Part shown: one piece after another, positions 50,442-59,649 of the stretch
Numbering within the stretch: the stretch's first letter is position 1
Layout: each line of letters begins with the position of its first letter
Source: a virus
Reading direction: 5' to 3' (one strand)
IMG/VR virus record: IMGVR_UViG_3300042301_003932
Length of the DNA: 64,000 nt
Translations under genes and position numbers: made by a program
The notes under the pieces: model-generated
Databases searched by the model: none
Told to the model about the DNA's origin: nothing
Seen by the model: only the letters and a program-made list of their open reading frames with translations

Positions 50442-51260
50442 TTAGAAGTAATTAAATTTTTCAAAGAACCATAAATAATTTTGCTTTATTATTTCACAAT
50501 TTTGTTCACCTAAAATTTCTAAATAATCTTTACGAGGTTCTTTAAGTTTTGATTCAATTTTGTGATCACCAAATATACCATGTATAACATCATTTTCTTC
50601 TGTTAATTGTTCTATATTTTCAAAGTCATGTTGGTAGTAAGGTAGATCCAAATACTTGTATATTTTTTTAATTTCCATTTCTGGATTTTTACAAAAATCT
50701 TCATATCTTAAAAATAAAATGTGTTGATCTAAATTTTGTTGTATCAAATCTTTTAACCATTCTAATGAAGGTCCGACAGGTGGAGAAACAGAAAAATGGA
50801 CCATTCTTGAATCTGTTGTCATATTTTTTAATTCTGCACCATTAACAATTAACGGATCTATATGTGGATTTTTTCTATAGTTTTTTTCCATTGACGCAAA
50901 TATTGCCCTCAAGTCTCTAACCATAATTATTACTTTTGGGTTTTCTTCAAAAAATTCTAAAAAAGAAAAGTGACCTGACCATGCCCTACTTTTATCTAAA
51001 ACATATGGTCTATCTGTGATTTCGTTGAAAAATCCCCATAACCCACCTTTACAAAAACCTTTAAATCCTTTTTTCATTAATTCCGGATCTTGTGCTCTAA
51101 ATGCGTCTCCTGTTGAGTAAAGTGTTCTTGCTTGTAATAAAAACTCAACAACACCTGATGTTGGTGTTGAATATATTTCAGGATTTTGCATCATAATATT
51201 TTGCAATAAAGTTGAACCTGCTCTTGGTAGTGATGCGTTAAAAAATATGTTTTTTATCAT
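50442..51260 (-). CDS. PAPS-dependent sulfotransferase family protein
   Basis: 5'-PSB loop SLPRAGSTLL, DKSR.W, 3'-PB motif MVRDLRAIFAS and LRYED. Confidence 0.88.
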   Translation of the reverse strand: MIKNIFFNASLPRAGSTLLQNIMMQNPEIYSTPTSGVVEFLLQARTLYSTGDAFRAQDPELMKKGFKGFCKGGLWGFFNEITDRPYVLDKSRAWSGHFSFLEFFEENPKVIIMVRDLRAIFASMEKNYRKNPHIDPLIVNGAELKNMTTDSRMVHFSVSPPVGPSLEWLKDLIQQNLDQHILFLRYEDFCKNPEMEIKKIYKYLDLPYYQHDFENIEQLTEENDVIHGIFGDHKIESKLKEPRKDYLEILGEQNCEIIKQNYLWFFEKFNYF

Positions 51261-52141
51261 TTTGTTAAAGAATTAATAATTTTATCAAAATCAAATAATA
51301 CATCACCTTCAAATATTGGACATTCGTGTAATGACCCGTGAAAGTTATAATCAAATAAATATGAATCAGGTAACGGTATAGTTTTAGAAATATTTGCAAC
51401 TATATTGTCGTGTAAATCATAACCAAATATTTTAGGATTTGTTGCAACCCACAATACTGTTGATGGTAATTTAAGTGCAGCTGCTCCGTGTTGTAAACTT
51501 GAATCAATTAACAATCTTTTTTCAGACATCGTTAAAAGATAAAGTAACTCCATATTTGACATTGGTTGACTTTGTACTTCAACATCATCAATAAAGTTAA
51601 GTTCATTTCTACATATTTGGATTATGTGGTAGTCTTTTTTAAACTGTTCCACAATTGATTTAGAAAGTAACTGTGGCATGTCTCTTGTCCAAGAATAAGG
51701 AAATGGTTGATCTAATAATGGCCCACCATTTGTTTGTATTAAAAATATCGGTTTTTCTCTTGACCATTTTTTTTGAAAAACCATTTGTTCTCTTAAATTG
51801 AATTTTACTTCAGGCATTTCACCTAACCAATTTAAGTTATATAAATTACACCAATTTTGAATTAAAGGTAATTTACCGTGAATATGTTCAGTTGTAAAAT
51901 ATGGTTCGTGTTTGAATACTAAAGAATCTTTATCTTTAACAAAATCATCATAGAAGTATGATGTTGTATTATTTCTATAAACTCTCCAAACACAAGGTAG
52001 GTTTATAAATATTTCGGGATAGGAACAAACAATTATTAATTTCCTATCTTTATGGTTATTTTTAATTGTTTTTGCAACTGCGGTTGCTGCGATGTGTTTT
52101 CCTAAACCACCTTCTATATGAAATATTGCATATTTTTCCAT
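51257..52141 (-). CDS. GT-B glycosyltransferase (heptosyltransferase/GT9-like)
   Basis: GGLGKHIAATAV, LIVCSYPE, IQTNGG and IDSSLQHGAAALKLPSTVLW. Confidence 0.78.
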   Translation of the reverse strand: MEKYAIFHIEGGLGKHIAATAVAKTIKNNHKDRKLIIVCSYPEIFINLPCVWRVYRNNTTSYFYDDFVKDKDSLVFKHEPYFTTEHIHGKLPLIQNWCNLYNLNWLGEMPEVKFNLREQMVFQKKWSREKPIFLIQTNGGPLLDQPFPYSWTRDMPQLLSKSIVEQFKKDYHIIQICRNELNFIDDVEVQSQPMSNMELLYLLTMSEKRLLIDSSLQHGAAALKLPSTVLWVATNPKIFGYDLHDNIVANISKTIPLPDSYLFDYNFHGSLHECPIFEGDVLFDFDKIINSLTK

Positions 52142-52191
52142 GACTTTTTAATCAAATATTAATAAAGTCAAAAGAAAAATAAATAAAACTA

Positions 52192-52431
52192 TTAGTTCAA
52201 ATAATTTTTACCTGAAATAATTGTGTTATCTATTTCAGATCTTTGTTCTGTTGTTAGTGCGTTTGAAAAAAACTCTTTACCTAACATAATTTCTAAATGT
52301 TCAACATTTCTTTTTACCAAATCTTTATTTTCATCATCGGTAGGTTTAGTGATTGTTTCGTTAATTAAATTAACTGAGTCAAAAGCGGCACTAATTGATT
52401 GTTGTGTGTTTACTATAAACTCTTCTTCCAT
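52192..52431 (-). CDS. Small helical protein after the adhesin gene (possible fibre chaperone)
   Basis: AAFDSVNLI...RNVEHLEIM; position directly after the fibre gene. Confidence 0.6.
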   Translation of the reverse strand: MEEEFIVNTQQSISAAFDSVNLINETITKPTDDENKDLVKRNVEHLEIMLGKEFFSNALTTEQRSEIDNTIISGKNYLN

Positions 52432-52452
52432 TTTTTATATTTTTTTTAATTA

Positions 52453-54729
52453 TTATACCAATAATATTTTATGGTTAACACCATTTAATACTACAGATAA
52501 TGTTCTTGTTGAAGTGCAAGATTCTATATTTATTGGACCAACTTGATAAGTTGAGGAACCTAAAACGAATTGATTGTTTGCGGTTGCGGTTGCACAAGCA
52601 CCTAAAATAACTGAATTTGAAAAATTTCCAGTGTTTGTTCGAGACCCTAATGCCGTGTTAGTGTTACCTGTTATGTTTCCAATTAAAGAAAGAAAACCAA
52701 CACCAACATTATTAGAACCTATTGTGTTATAAGGTGAAGAAGCACCACCAAGTGATACGTTATAATTTCCTATTGTGTTAACATTTAAAGAACAAGAACC
52801 TAAAGCAACATTTGTACATCCACTAGTGTTACAAAACAACGATTGTCTACCAATGGCCACATTATCACCACCTACCGTATTACATACCATAGAACCGAAA
52901 CCTAGTGAAGTATTATAACTACCGGTGGTGTTTGAACGCATAGATTCAAAGCCTACGGATGTATTAGAATTAGCGGTAGTATTTTGTCTTAAAGTATCGT
53001 TCCCTATTGCGATATTTCGAGCGCCTTCAGTATTGTTTATTAAAGTACAAGTACCTAAACCAACGTTTTGAAAACCTGTTGTATTATAACGTAAAGAATT
53101 ACAACCAATACTAATATTACCACCACCACTACTATTATTACGTAAGGCATTATAACCTATAGCAATATTTACTGAACCATCGGTATTACAAAATAGTGAT
53201 TGTCTACCAATACCGATATTATTAAATCCCGTAGTGTTACTACGCAAAGAATTACAACCTAAAGCAATGTTAGAACATCCTGTTGTATTACAACGTAAAG
53301 AATACCTACCTAATGCAATATTATTATCCCCCGTAGTATTTGAACATAAACTAATAAGCCCCAAAGCAATGTTATGAGATCCGGTTGTGTTATTACGTAA
53401 AGAATACCTACCCATACTAATATTACAACTTCCGTTTGTATTAAATAACATACTACAATCACCAAAAGAAATATTTCTTGTACCTGTAGAGTTTGTCTGA
53501 AGAGACTTTAATCCAATCGCAATATTAAAACTTCCATTTGTGTTACATCGCAACGTACTATAACCAAGTCCAATATTTGAGTCTCCACCCATACCGTTAT
53601 TACATAAAGAATATCTACCTAATGCAATATTATTGCTCGCAACAGTATTTGAAAATAGACTTTGGTTACCAATTGCTATGTTGTTAAACCCCATAGTGTT
53701 TGACCTCAAACTATATCTTCCTAATGCCACATTATACCCTCCCGTTGTATTACAACGTAACCCATACTGACCTAATGCAATATTATGACAACCTGTGGTG
53801 TTATTATACAAAGAAAACCGACCTAAACTAATATTATTACTACCTGTAGTGTTATTATATAGGGAACTATTTCCAATCGCAATATTTTCTGTGCCTGAAA
53901 TATTTTTACTTAATGCGCCAGCATTTATCGCCGTATTACTACTACCATTAATGTTATTTGCTAAAGTACGATAACCAATTGCTACGTTTACACCTCCTAT
54001 AGTATTATTACGTAAAGAACAAAATCCTAACCCTACGTTAAAACATCCTGTTGTGTTAGATAAGAGCGAATACCTACCCAACGATACGTTGTCGCGACCA
54101 GTTGTGTTACTGTAAAGTGAACAACAACCCAACGATATGTTGTTATTTCCTGTTGTATTTGCTCGTAGTGAATTTTGACCCAAAGATATGTTGTTACTTC
54201 CTGTTGTGTTTGAACATAAACTGAATCGACCCAAAGCAATATTACAACCTCCTGTTGTGTTGGTGTTTAACACCGAGCAACCTAACGCAAGATTATAACG
54301 ACCCGTAGTATTAGCGTTTAAAACCGAATTACCTAATGCAATATTATTGGATCCGGCAGTATTACTATATAATACCCCACTACCAATACCAATATTACGA
54401 CATCCACTTGTATTAGAAAATAAAGAAAAACAACCAATCGCAACATTTAACGTCCCCCCCGTATTACTACGTAAGGATTGATTGCCTAATGCAATATTAT
54501 GGCATCCTGTTGTATTTGAATTTAACGCAAACCTACCCAAAGCAACATTATCCGTTCCTGTTGTTGTATTATTTAATGAAAATCCACTCTGTAATATATT
54601 ATTACTTGCATTTGCGGTGAATCCAGTAAATGATCCCCCACCACTAACTCCCGTTAAATTAGAACCATCACCATAGAGTGTTGTTCCACTTATTGTTGTT
54701 GCACTTATTATGTCTGTATTAAATCCCAT
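52453..54729 (-). CDS. YadA-head-like beta-roll repeat fibre/adhesin, Cys-rich
   Basis: Dozens of ~17-aa repeats (SLxxNTTGxxNIALG); C-terminal ATANNQFVLG neck-like motif. Confidence 0.82.
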   Translation of the reverse strand: MGFNTDIISATTISGTTLYGDGSNLTGVSGGGSFTGFTANASNNILQSGFSLNNTTTGTDNVALGRFALNSNTTGCHNIALGNQSLRSNTGGTLNVAIGCFSLFSNTSGCRNIGIGSGVLYSNTAGSNNIALGNSVLNANTTGRYNLALGCSVLNTNTTGGCNIALGRFSLCSNTTGSNNISLGQNSLRANTTGNNNISLGCCSLYSNTTGRDNVSLGRYSLLSNTTGCFNVGLGFCSLRNNTIGGVNVAIGYRTLANNINGSSNTAINAGALSKNISGTENIAIGNSSLYNNTTGSNNISLGRFSLYNNTTGCHNIALGQYGLRCNTTGGYNVALGRYSLRSNTMGFNNIAIGNQSLFSNTVASNNIALGRYSLCNNGMGGDSNIGLGYSTLRCNTNGSFNIAIGLKSLQTNSTGTRNISFGDCSMLFNTNGSCNISMGRYSLRNNTTGSHNIALGLISLCSNTTGDNNIALGRYSLRCNTTGCSNIALGCNSLRSNTTGFNNIGIGRQSLFCNTDGSVNIAIGYNALRNNSSGGGNISIGCNSLRYNTTGFQNVGLGTCTLINNTEGARNIAIGNDTLRQNTTANSNTSVGFESMRSNTTGSYNTSLGFGSMVCNTVGGDNVAIGRQSLFCNTSGCTNVALGSCSLNVNTIGNYNVSLGGASSPYNTIGSNNVGVGFLSLIGNITGNTNTALGSRTNTGNFSNSVILGACATATANNQFVLGSSTYQVGPINIESCTSTRTLSVVLNGVNHKILLV

Positions 54730-54735
54730 ATCTTT

Positions 54736-55746
54736 TTAATTAAATGTTCCTGAAATTATCCAATTACCGATCACCCTTTTTTCAACTATGAAGTTTGCTC
54801 CTGATATTGACATTCTCCATGAACCATTGGTTGATGAATCACCAAAATAAAGGTATCCTGTTGAATCTATATATGTGTTTGATGCTTGTAAAGTTGTTGC
54901 TGATAGTGTATTTGCCGTTAATCCATTTGTAAAAGAAGTAGAGCCGGTAACAGTACCCCCACTTAATGGAAGATATTTACCTGTAACGTTATCAGGTAAA
55001 TTTTGATATGTTGTTGCCGAAAGTATTCCATTTATAGTTAACCCACTAAATCCGTCAATATATGTATTTAAACTATTATTTGTATTATCAGTTAAAGTAA
55101 TTGTATTAGTTGAACTATCGTATGTTGATGCGGTTAAAAACGTATTTGAATCTCCAGTTAAAGAACTAATATTAACAGTATATGCCGATTGAGATACATT
55201 TGTGTTAAAATAAATAATTCCGTCATTATATGTTGCTCCTGTTGTGAAAACATCTGTTGTTCCTGTATAAAATCCATTAACGGTGACATCGGCCCCGTTA
55301 CTTGTTGAAAGTGTTAGTGTTCCTCCAGAGTATGTCCCTGAAGTAATTAAATCACCAAATGTTGGTAAATCAACCAAAACCGTTTGTCCTGAACCACTAA
55401 TTGTTCCTCCACTTAAAGTATATACATCACCATTTAAAACAATTAATTGAGAATTTTCATTTAATAATAAAGTGCCAAAAACATACAAATCACCATAAAT
55501 AAAACTTTGTGAATAAGAATCAATTTCTACTGTTGTTCCTGAAGGTATGTACCATCTATTATCAACGTTGATATCTACACTTGATATGGTACCTCCAGTT
55601 GGATTTATTAAACTTAGTGTGCTTGAAGAAAATGTTAACCCTGAAACCCCAATAGATTGTAGATAATAAAGATTATTATCCATATCTAAATTGGTTAATT
55701 TTGACCCCTTAGCGTCAGGCCCATATTGTCTTGTAACTAAACTCAT
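54736..55746 (-). CDS. Ser/Thr/Gly-rich fibre or decoration protein
   Basis: KGSKLTNLDMDNN N-terminus, YLPLSGGTVTG fibre motif, C-terminal GSWR. Confidence 0.7.
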   Translation of the reverse strand: MSLVTRQYGPDAKGSKLTNLDMDNNLYYLQSIGVSGLTFSSSTLSLINPTGGTISSVDINVDNRWYIPSGTTVEIDSYSQSFIYGDLYVFGTLLLNENSQLIVLNGDVYTLSGGTISGSGQTVLVDLPTFGDLITSGTYSGGTLTLSTSNGADVTVNGFYTGTTDVFTTGATYNDGIIYFNTNVSQSAYTVNISSLTGDSNTFLTASTYDSSTNTITLTDNTNNSLNTYIDGFSGLTINGILSATTYQNLPDNVTGKYLPLSGGTVTGSTSFTNGLTANTLSATTLQASNTYIDSTGYLYFGDSSTNGSWRMSISGANFIVEKRVIGNWIISGTFN

Positions 55747-55769
55747 TTTTTATTTAATAAATATAATGT

Positions 55770-57698
55770 TTATTCAAAATAACCACATTCGTCATAATAA
55801 CCATCAATGTATTCATTGGTACAAAGACAATTAGGGCACCAAAAATTAAGTAAATTAAATTTATCTTTTAATACTCTAAAGTTATGTTGTATTTGTGGTG
55901 AACTTAATGGTTCTACATACATTCTAAATTGAGAAATCCCCCCCATAAAAGTTCCACCAAAATTTTGTTCTAATAATATATTTGTTGAAATTCCCGAAAA
56001 GGTGGTTGCACTTAATATGTTATTTGGGAATAGTTCGGGATCTTGTATGTAAGGGCCGTTTGGTAATGAGCAACCTGAAAAAATTAAGTGATCATGTAAT
56101 CCTTGAGTCCCCCCACCAAACGAAATATTAAAAGGAACACCAACTTGTTTTTCTTTTTCTGTATTTAATTCTCTTGGTATAATCTCCTCAAAGTCTTCAA
56201 TAACTAAAAACAAATAACCATTAACATATAGTTTTAATGTTCCTAATCTATAATTTAATTCATCAAACCATTTTTTATCAAATCTAACAATGTGTATTTT
56301 TCTTTCAGGTGTTGATCCTGGATGTGTTTCAGGTGGTGAAATTAAATTAACTGACTTACCATCTATTGATGATTGTGTTGTAACAACTCTTAAATCGTTT
56401 AACCCACCTAAATTTAATAAATCACACTCCTCAATGGTTGTGTACCGTTCAAAAACGGCACTTATCATAACCCACTTTTCTTCGGTATTATCACCACATT
56501 CTAACCCACATAAATCATATATCGGTTGTGATATTACTTCGGTTAATGTATACCCTGTTTGGAATGTTACACCTGTTGTTTCGCAACTTCCTGTGGTTAC
56601 ACAGTCTCCTGTAATTTTTAAATATTTTACAGCAATACTTGGATTTTCAGGGCAACCATCAAATCTTAAAGATATCGCACTTGACAAGACATCAAATTTT
56701 GGATCGGTTTCTGGTAGCGGTACGATTTCTGTACTTGCACACCCACAATTACATCCAAGATTGTGTACCGTAGTAAATCCGTTGTTAGGGTAAACGTGAA
56801 TACAATTTGCGTTTGTAACTCCCGTATTTGAACAAGCACAAGACTCAATACATGTTAACCCACTTGTGATTCTAGTGTAACCTGAGTCAGATGATGGAGA
56901 TCCGTTGGCTTCGTGATAATATTTATTCTCCGCTCGTGTACCAAAATAAAAGAACGTACCAGCATTTGATGGGTATATATCATTTAAATACTGTTCGGTG
57001 TTAGGGTTTAAAGAATACTCTTCAAATGTTCTTGGTTTTAACATCATCTCAACAGACCAACCCTTATTTACCCTTTCAGGAAAAACCTCATAATCGTACC
57101 CATTTAATTTATAAAATCCTTGATAAAACCCACCGTATAACTCTTGATAGTAACCAACGGTACTCGCACTTTTTGATACAATATTATATATACTATCTTT
57201 TGGTCTTCCTGAAAATTTTACGTTTGGTAACTCAACCACGCTTCTTACAGGGTGCATTTTAAACCTACTATCTCTATAATGAGGGTGAAACTTGTACGTA
57301 TCATCTATACCTTTAATATAATATAAAGTTTCTCCTGACATTTTTGTAAATAACCCGTTATCGGTAGCAACAAGACCAACATCACAAATACCTGTATATG
57401 CGGTATAACAACTGTAGTCTAAATTTTTTGGGTTATAAAAGTTTTTTGAAACAAATGTGTTTCCAAAAATATAGTCACCGTATTTTAACGTCGGTTGTAT
57501 GGTTGTGCCTGTATTATTTAAATCAATATAAATTGGTAATCGGTTTCCATCATTAATACCAATTACATCAGTAGAAAAAACAACTTCTTCATCATAACTT
57601 CCTTCATCTGACGCTAAAGTTAAGTCAAAATACTGACCATAATTCAGTTTTGTGGTGTATTTTGGGTAATAATAAGAATTAATGTTTTGACTTGGCAT
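55770..57698 (-). CDS. Virion protein with a LamG/concanavalin-like fold and Cys-rich inserts
   Basis: WSVEMMLKP...FFYFG...WVMISAVF...LKLYVNG...FMGGISQFRMYVEPLSSPQIQHNF. Confidence 0.6.
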   Translation of the reverse strand: MPSQNINSYYYPKYTTKLNYGQYFDLTLASDEGSYDEEVVFSTDVIGINDGNRLPIYIDLNNTGTTIQPTLKYGDYIFGNTFVSKNFYNPKNLDYSCYTAYTGICDVGLVATDNGLFTKMSGETLYYIKGIDDTYKFHPHYRDSRFKMHPVRSVVELPNVKFSGRPKDSIYNIVSKSASTVGYYQELYGGFYQGFYKLNGYDYEVFPERVNKGWSVEMMLKPRTFEEYSLNPNTEQYLNDIYPSNAGTFFYFGTRAENKYYHEANGSPSSDSGYTRITSGLTCIESCACSNTGVTNANCIHVYPNNGFTTVHNLGCNCGCASTEIVPLPETDPKFDVLSSAISLRFDGCPENPSIAVKYLKITGDCVTTGSCETTGVTFQTGYTLTEVISQPIYDLCGLECGDNTEEKWVMISAVFERYTTIEECDLLNLGGLNDLRVVTTQSSIDGKSVNLISPPETHPGSTPERKIHIVRFDKKWFDELNYRLGTLKLYVNGYLFLVIEDFEEIIPRELNTEKEKQVGVPFNISFGGGTQGLHDHLIFSGCSLPNGPYIQDPELFPNNILSATTFSGISTNILLEQNFGGTFMGGISQFRMYVEPLSSPQIQHNFRVLKDKFNLLNFWCPNCLCTNEYIDGYYDECGYFE

Positions 57699-57709
57699 TC
57701 TTTTTTATG

Positions 57710-57735
57710 ATAAATAGTTTAATCGCGGTATTTAT
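57710..57735. promoter_or_regulatory. Divergent pair of TATTTAT late-promoter motifs
   Basis: ATAAATA (57710-57716) and TATTTAT (57729-57735) at the strand switch. Confidence 0.65.
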
Positions 57736-57748
57736 AGGTAAAGCCTAG

Positions 57749-58504
57749 ATGAAAACATATAAATATTCAACAAAGGAAAGAGCAGAAAGAGTTGCAAAAA
57801 CTTTGGGGTGTTCTGGATTTCACTATCATAACGAAGATGGTAATAGAAAGTATATGCCATGTAAGGATATGAAAACCTTTAAAGAAAAAACAAAAAAAGA
57901 AACTAAGGGTAAAGAAACTGAAGTTAATGAGTTAATAGACGACGATGGGACTTGGTTAACATCTGCTATTCCAATATTAGATCCTGCAAGTGCAGGTATT
58001 GGTACTAAAACCACCGACCAAATTGTCCCTGCCGCTAGAATGCCAAGAGACCCACTATTAAGGGGTTGGTACGGATACTATGGTGAGGGTACAATTGCCG
58101 AAGAAGATATGGCAGACGCATTTGGTTATGAAGACACTATGTTTATGGACTACGACGAAACAGTTAGATACTTTCAAAAAAAATTAGGGTTAGATAAAGA
58201 ATCGGCAATAGAAAGGACCGTTCAACAAGGCAAAAAACCTAAACTACACAAAAGAACACCAAAAAAAATAAGTAAGTTAAAAAATTATATTGATAGACTT
58301 ATTTTAAAAGAAAAGGAAATTGACGAATCGGAAATTGCCGAAGATATTTTAGTTGATAAATCAAAAAGAGAAAGTTTAGAAAAAAAAGAACAAAGTGATG
58401 TTAATAACATTATTTTGAAAAATATAAAATCCTTGAAAAAAATGGCAAATAGTCAAGGTATAACAACACAACAATTAGTAAGATTAATAAGTCGTGAACA
58501 GTAA
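57749..58504 (+). CDS. Hypothetical protein with an N-terminal A...A..LGCSG.H.H......YMPC motif
   Basis: 251-aa ORF; C/H/H/C arrangement suggests metal binding. Confidence 0.7.
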   Translation: MKTYKYSTKERAERVAKTLGCSGFHYHNEDGNRKYMPCKDMKTFKEKTKKETKGKETEVNELIDDDGTWLTSAIPILDPASAGIGTKTTDQIVPAARMPRDPLLRGWYGYYGEGTIAEEDMADAFGYEDTMFMDYDETVRYFQKKLGLDKESAIERTVQQGKKPKLHKRTPKKISKLKNYIDRLILKEKEIDESEIAEDILVDKSKRESLEKKEQSDVNNIILKNIKSLKKMANSQGITTQQLVRLISREQ

Positions 58505-58955
58505 TTTATACGATAGAAAGGCAAAATTGCCAGATGATTTAATTAAACATTTAAAACAATGTTTTTCTTCTGTTAATGCTGACACTAACACTGAAGGGTA
58601 CAATAGAAATGAAGAAATAACAAAAAGTGGTGTAGTTACGTACCAACAAATCAAAAGAATAAAAAATTGGTTTGATGGTTATAGTGGAAAAAAAGAAGAT
58701 GCACCATTTATTTTAAATGGTGGTGATAGAATGAAAAGTTGGTGTGATGAGGTTTTACGTGTTTGGAGAGATAATGACTCGTCAAGTAAACAACATAAAT
58801 CAGATGGTGGGATGCAAAATCAATTTTTAGACTCTCACGAAAAGAATGGCTTTAACTTAGGTGATAAACATGGTTCTACAGCGGACGAATTAAAAGTGGA
58901 ATCTATAAATGAAGAAATAAATAGAATAAATAAACTTATAAAAATAACACAATAA
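58494..58955 (+). CDS. Hypothetical protein
   Basis: 153 aa; IKRIKNWFD...LNGG...W; C-terminal INEEINRI. Confidence 0.7.
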   Translation: MNSNLYDRKAKLPDDLIKHLKQCFSSVNADTNTEGYNRNEEITKSGVVTYQQIKRIKNWFDGYSGKKEDAPFILNGGDRMKSWCDEVLRVWRDNDSSSKQHKSDGGMQNQFLDSHEKNGFNLGDKHGSTADELKVESINEEINRINKLIKITQ

Positions 58956-59248
58956 TGGCAGTTCAATCAGATAAATTAGATTTCTCTCAACCTGACAATG
59001 CGTTGTCAAAAATCGCAGAAGAACAAAGAAAAAAATTATTTCCAAGAAATGATTATAAACCAACCGATCCTTACTCTACCGTTCATCCTGATGCTATTGC
59101 AAATGGTGATAAATTAGGTAGAGGTACGGGTGTTGAATTAGATATATATAATCAAAATATTGGTACCGCGTCTGACGTTCAAGATAGAAAAGAAGATTTA
59201 AAAATTAATAAATACTCACAAAACAACCCATATTACAACGTTAGATGA
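58955..59248 (+). CDS. Hypothetical protein with two RK...N.Y....PY repeats
   Basis: 97-aa ORF overlapping both neighbours. Confidence 0.7.
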   Translation: MAVQSDKLDFSQPDNALSKIAEEQRKKLFPRNDYKPTDPYSTVHPDAIANGDKLGRGTGVELDIYNQNIGTASDVQDRKEDLKINKYSQNNPYYNVR

Positions 59249-59643
59249 AACTATTAGATAGTTTAAAATATGTAATATCTGAAGCTGCGTCTTTAGGAGA
59301 TGTTCAAGACTCAATAAAAAGGAAGTCTGTAACTATTATTTATTATGATGGTGATGACAACGGTGGTAAAGGACTTAGAACTATTGAACCAGTATGTTTA
59401 GGTTACAGTAAAAAAGGAAATTTAGTTTTAAGAGCTTGGGAACAAGAGGGATCCTCATGGAGTGCAAAAAATAAAGGAAACTTTTTACCTGGTTGGAGAT
59501 TATTTAGATTAGATAAAATCTTTACATATAAACCAACAATGGATAAATTTATTGAAGTAAGACCAAACTATAACCCAATGGGAGATCGTTCTATGGAAAG
59601 GGTTATAATAAACGCAAAGTTTGATAACGAAGAAAATATATAA
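59245..59643 (+). CDS. Stand-alone WYL-domain protein
   Basis: IYY......RTIEP..LG....LRAW....GWRLFRLDKI. Confidence 0.82.
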   Translation: MKLLDSLKYVISEAASLGDVQDSIKRKSVTIIYYDGDDNGGKGLRTIEPVCLGYSKKGNLVLRAWEQEGSSWSAKNKGNFLPGWRLFRLDKIFTYKPTMDKFIEVRPNYNPMGDRSMERVIINAKFDNEENI

Positions 59644-59649
59644 TTAATT

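Noticed and set aside
52141-52170. TGACTTT...AAAGTCA inverted repeat at the GT start
   Set aside because: Short, AT-rich, with a long loop; may be chance.
46609-54729. Diversity-generating retroelement targets (AAT/AAC-rich fibres)
   Set aside because: No reverse transcriptase and no TR/VR pair differing only at adenines was seen; Asn richness is explained by beta-helix repeats.
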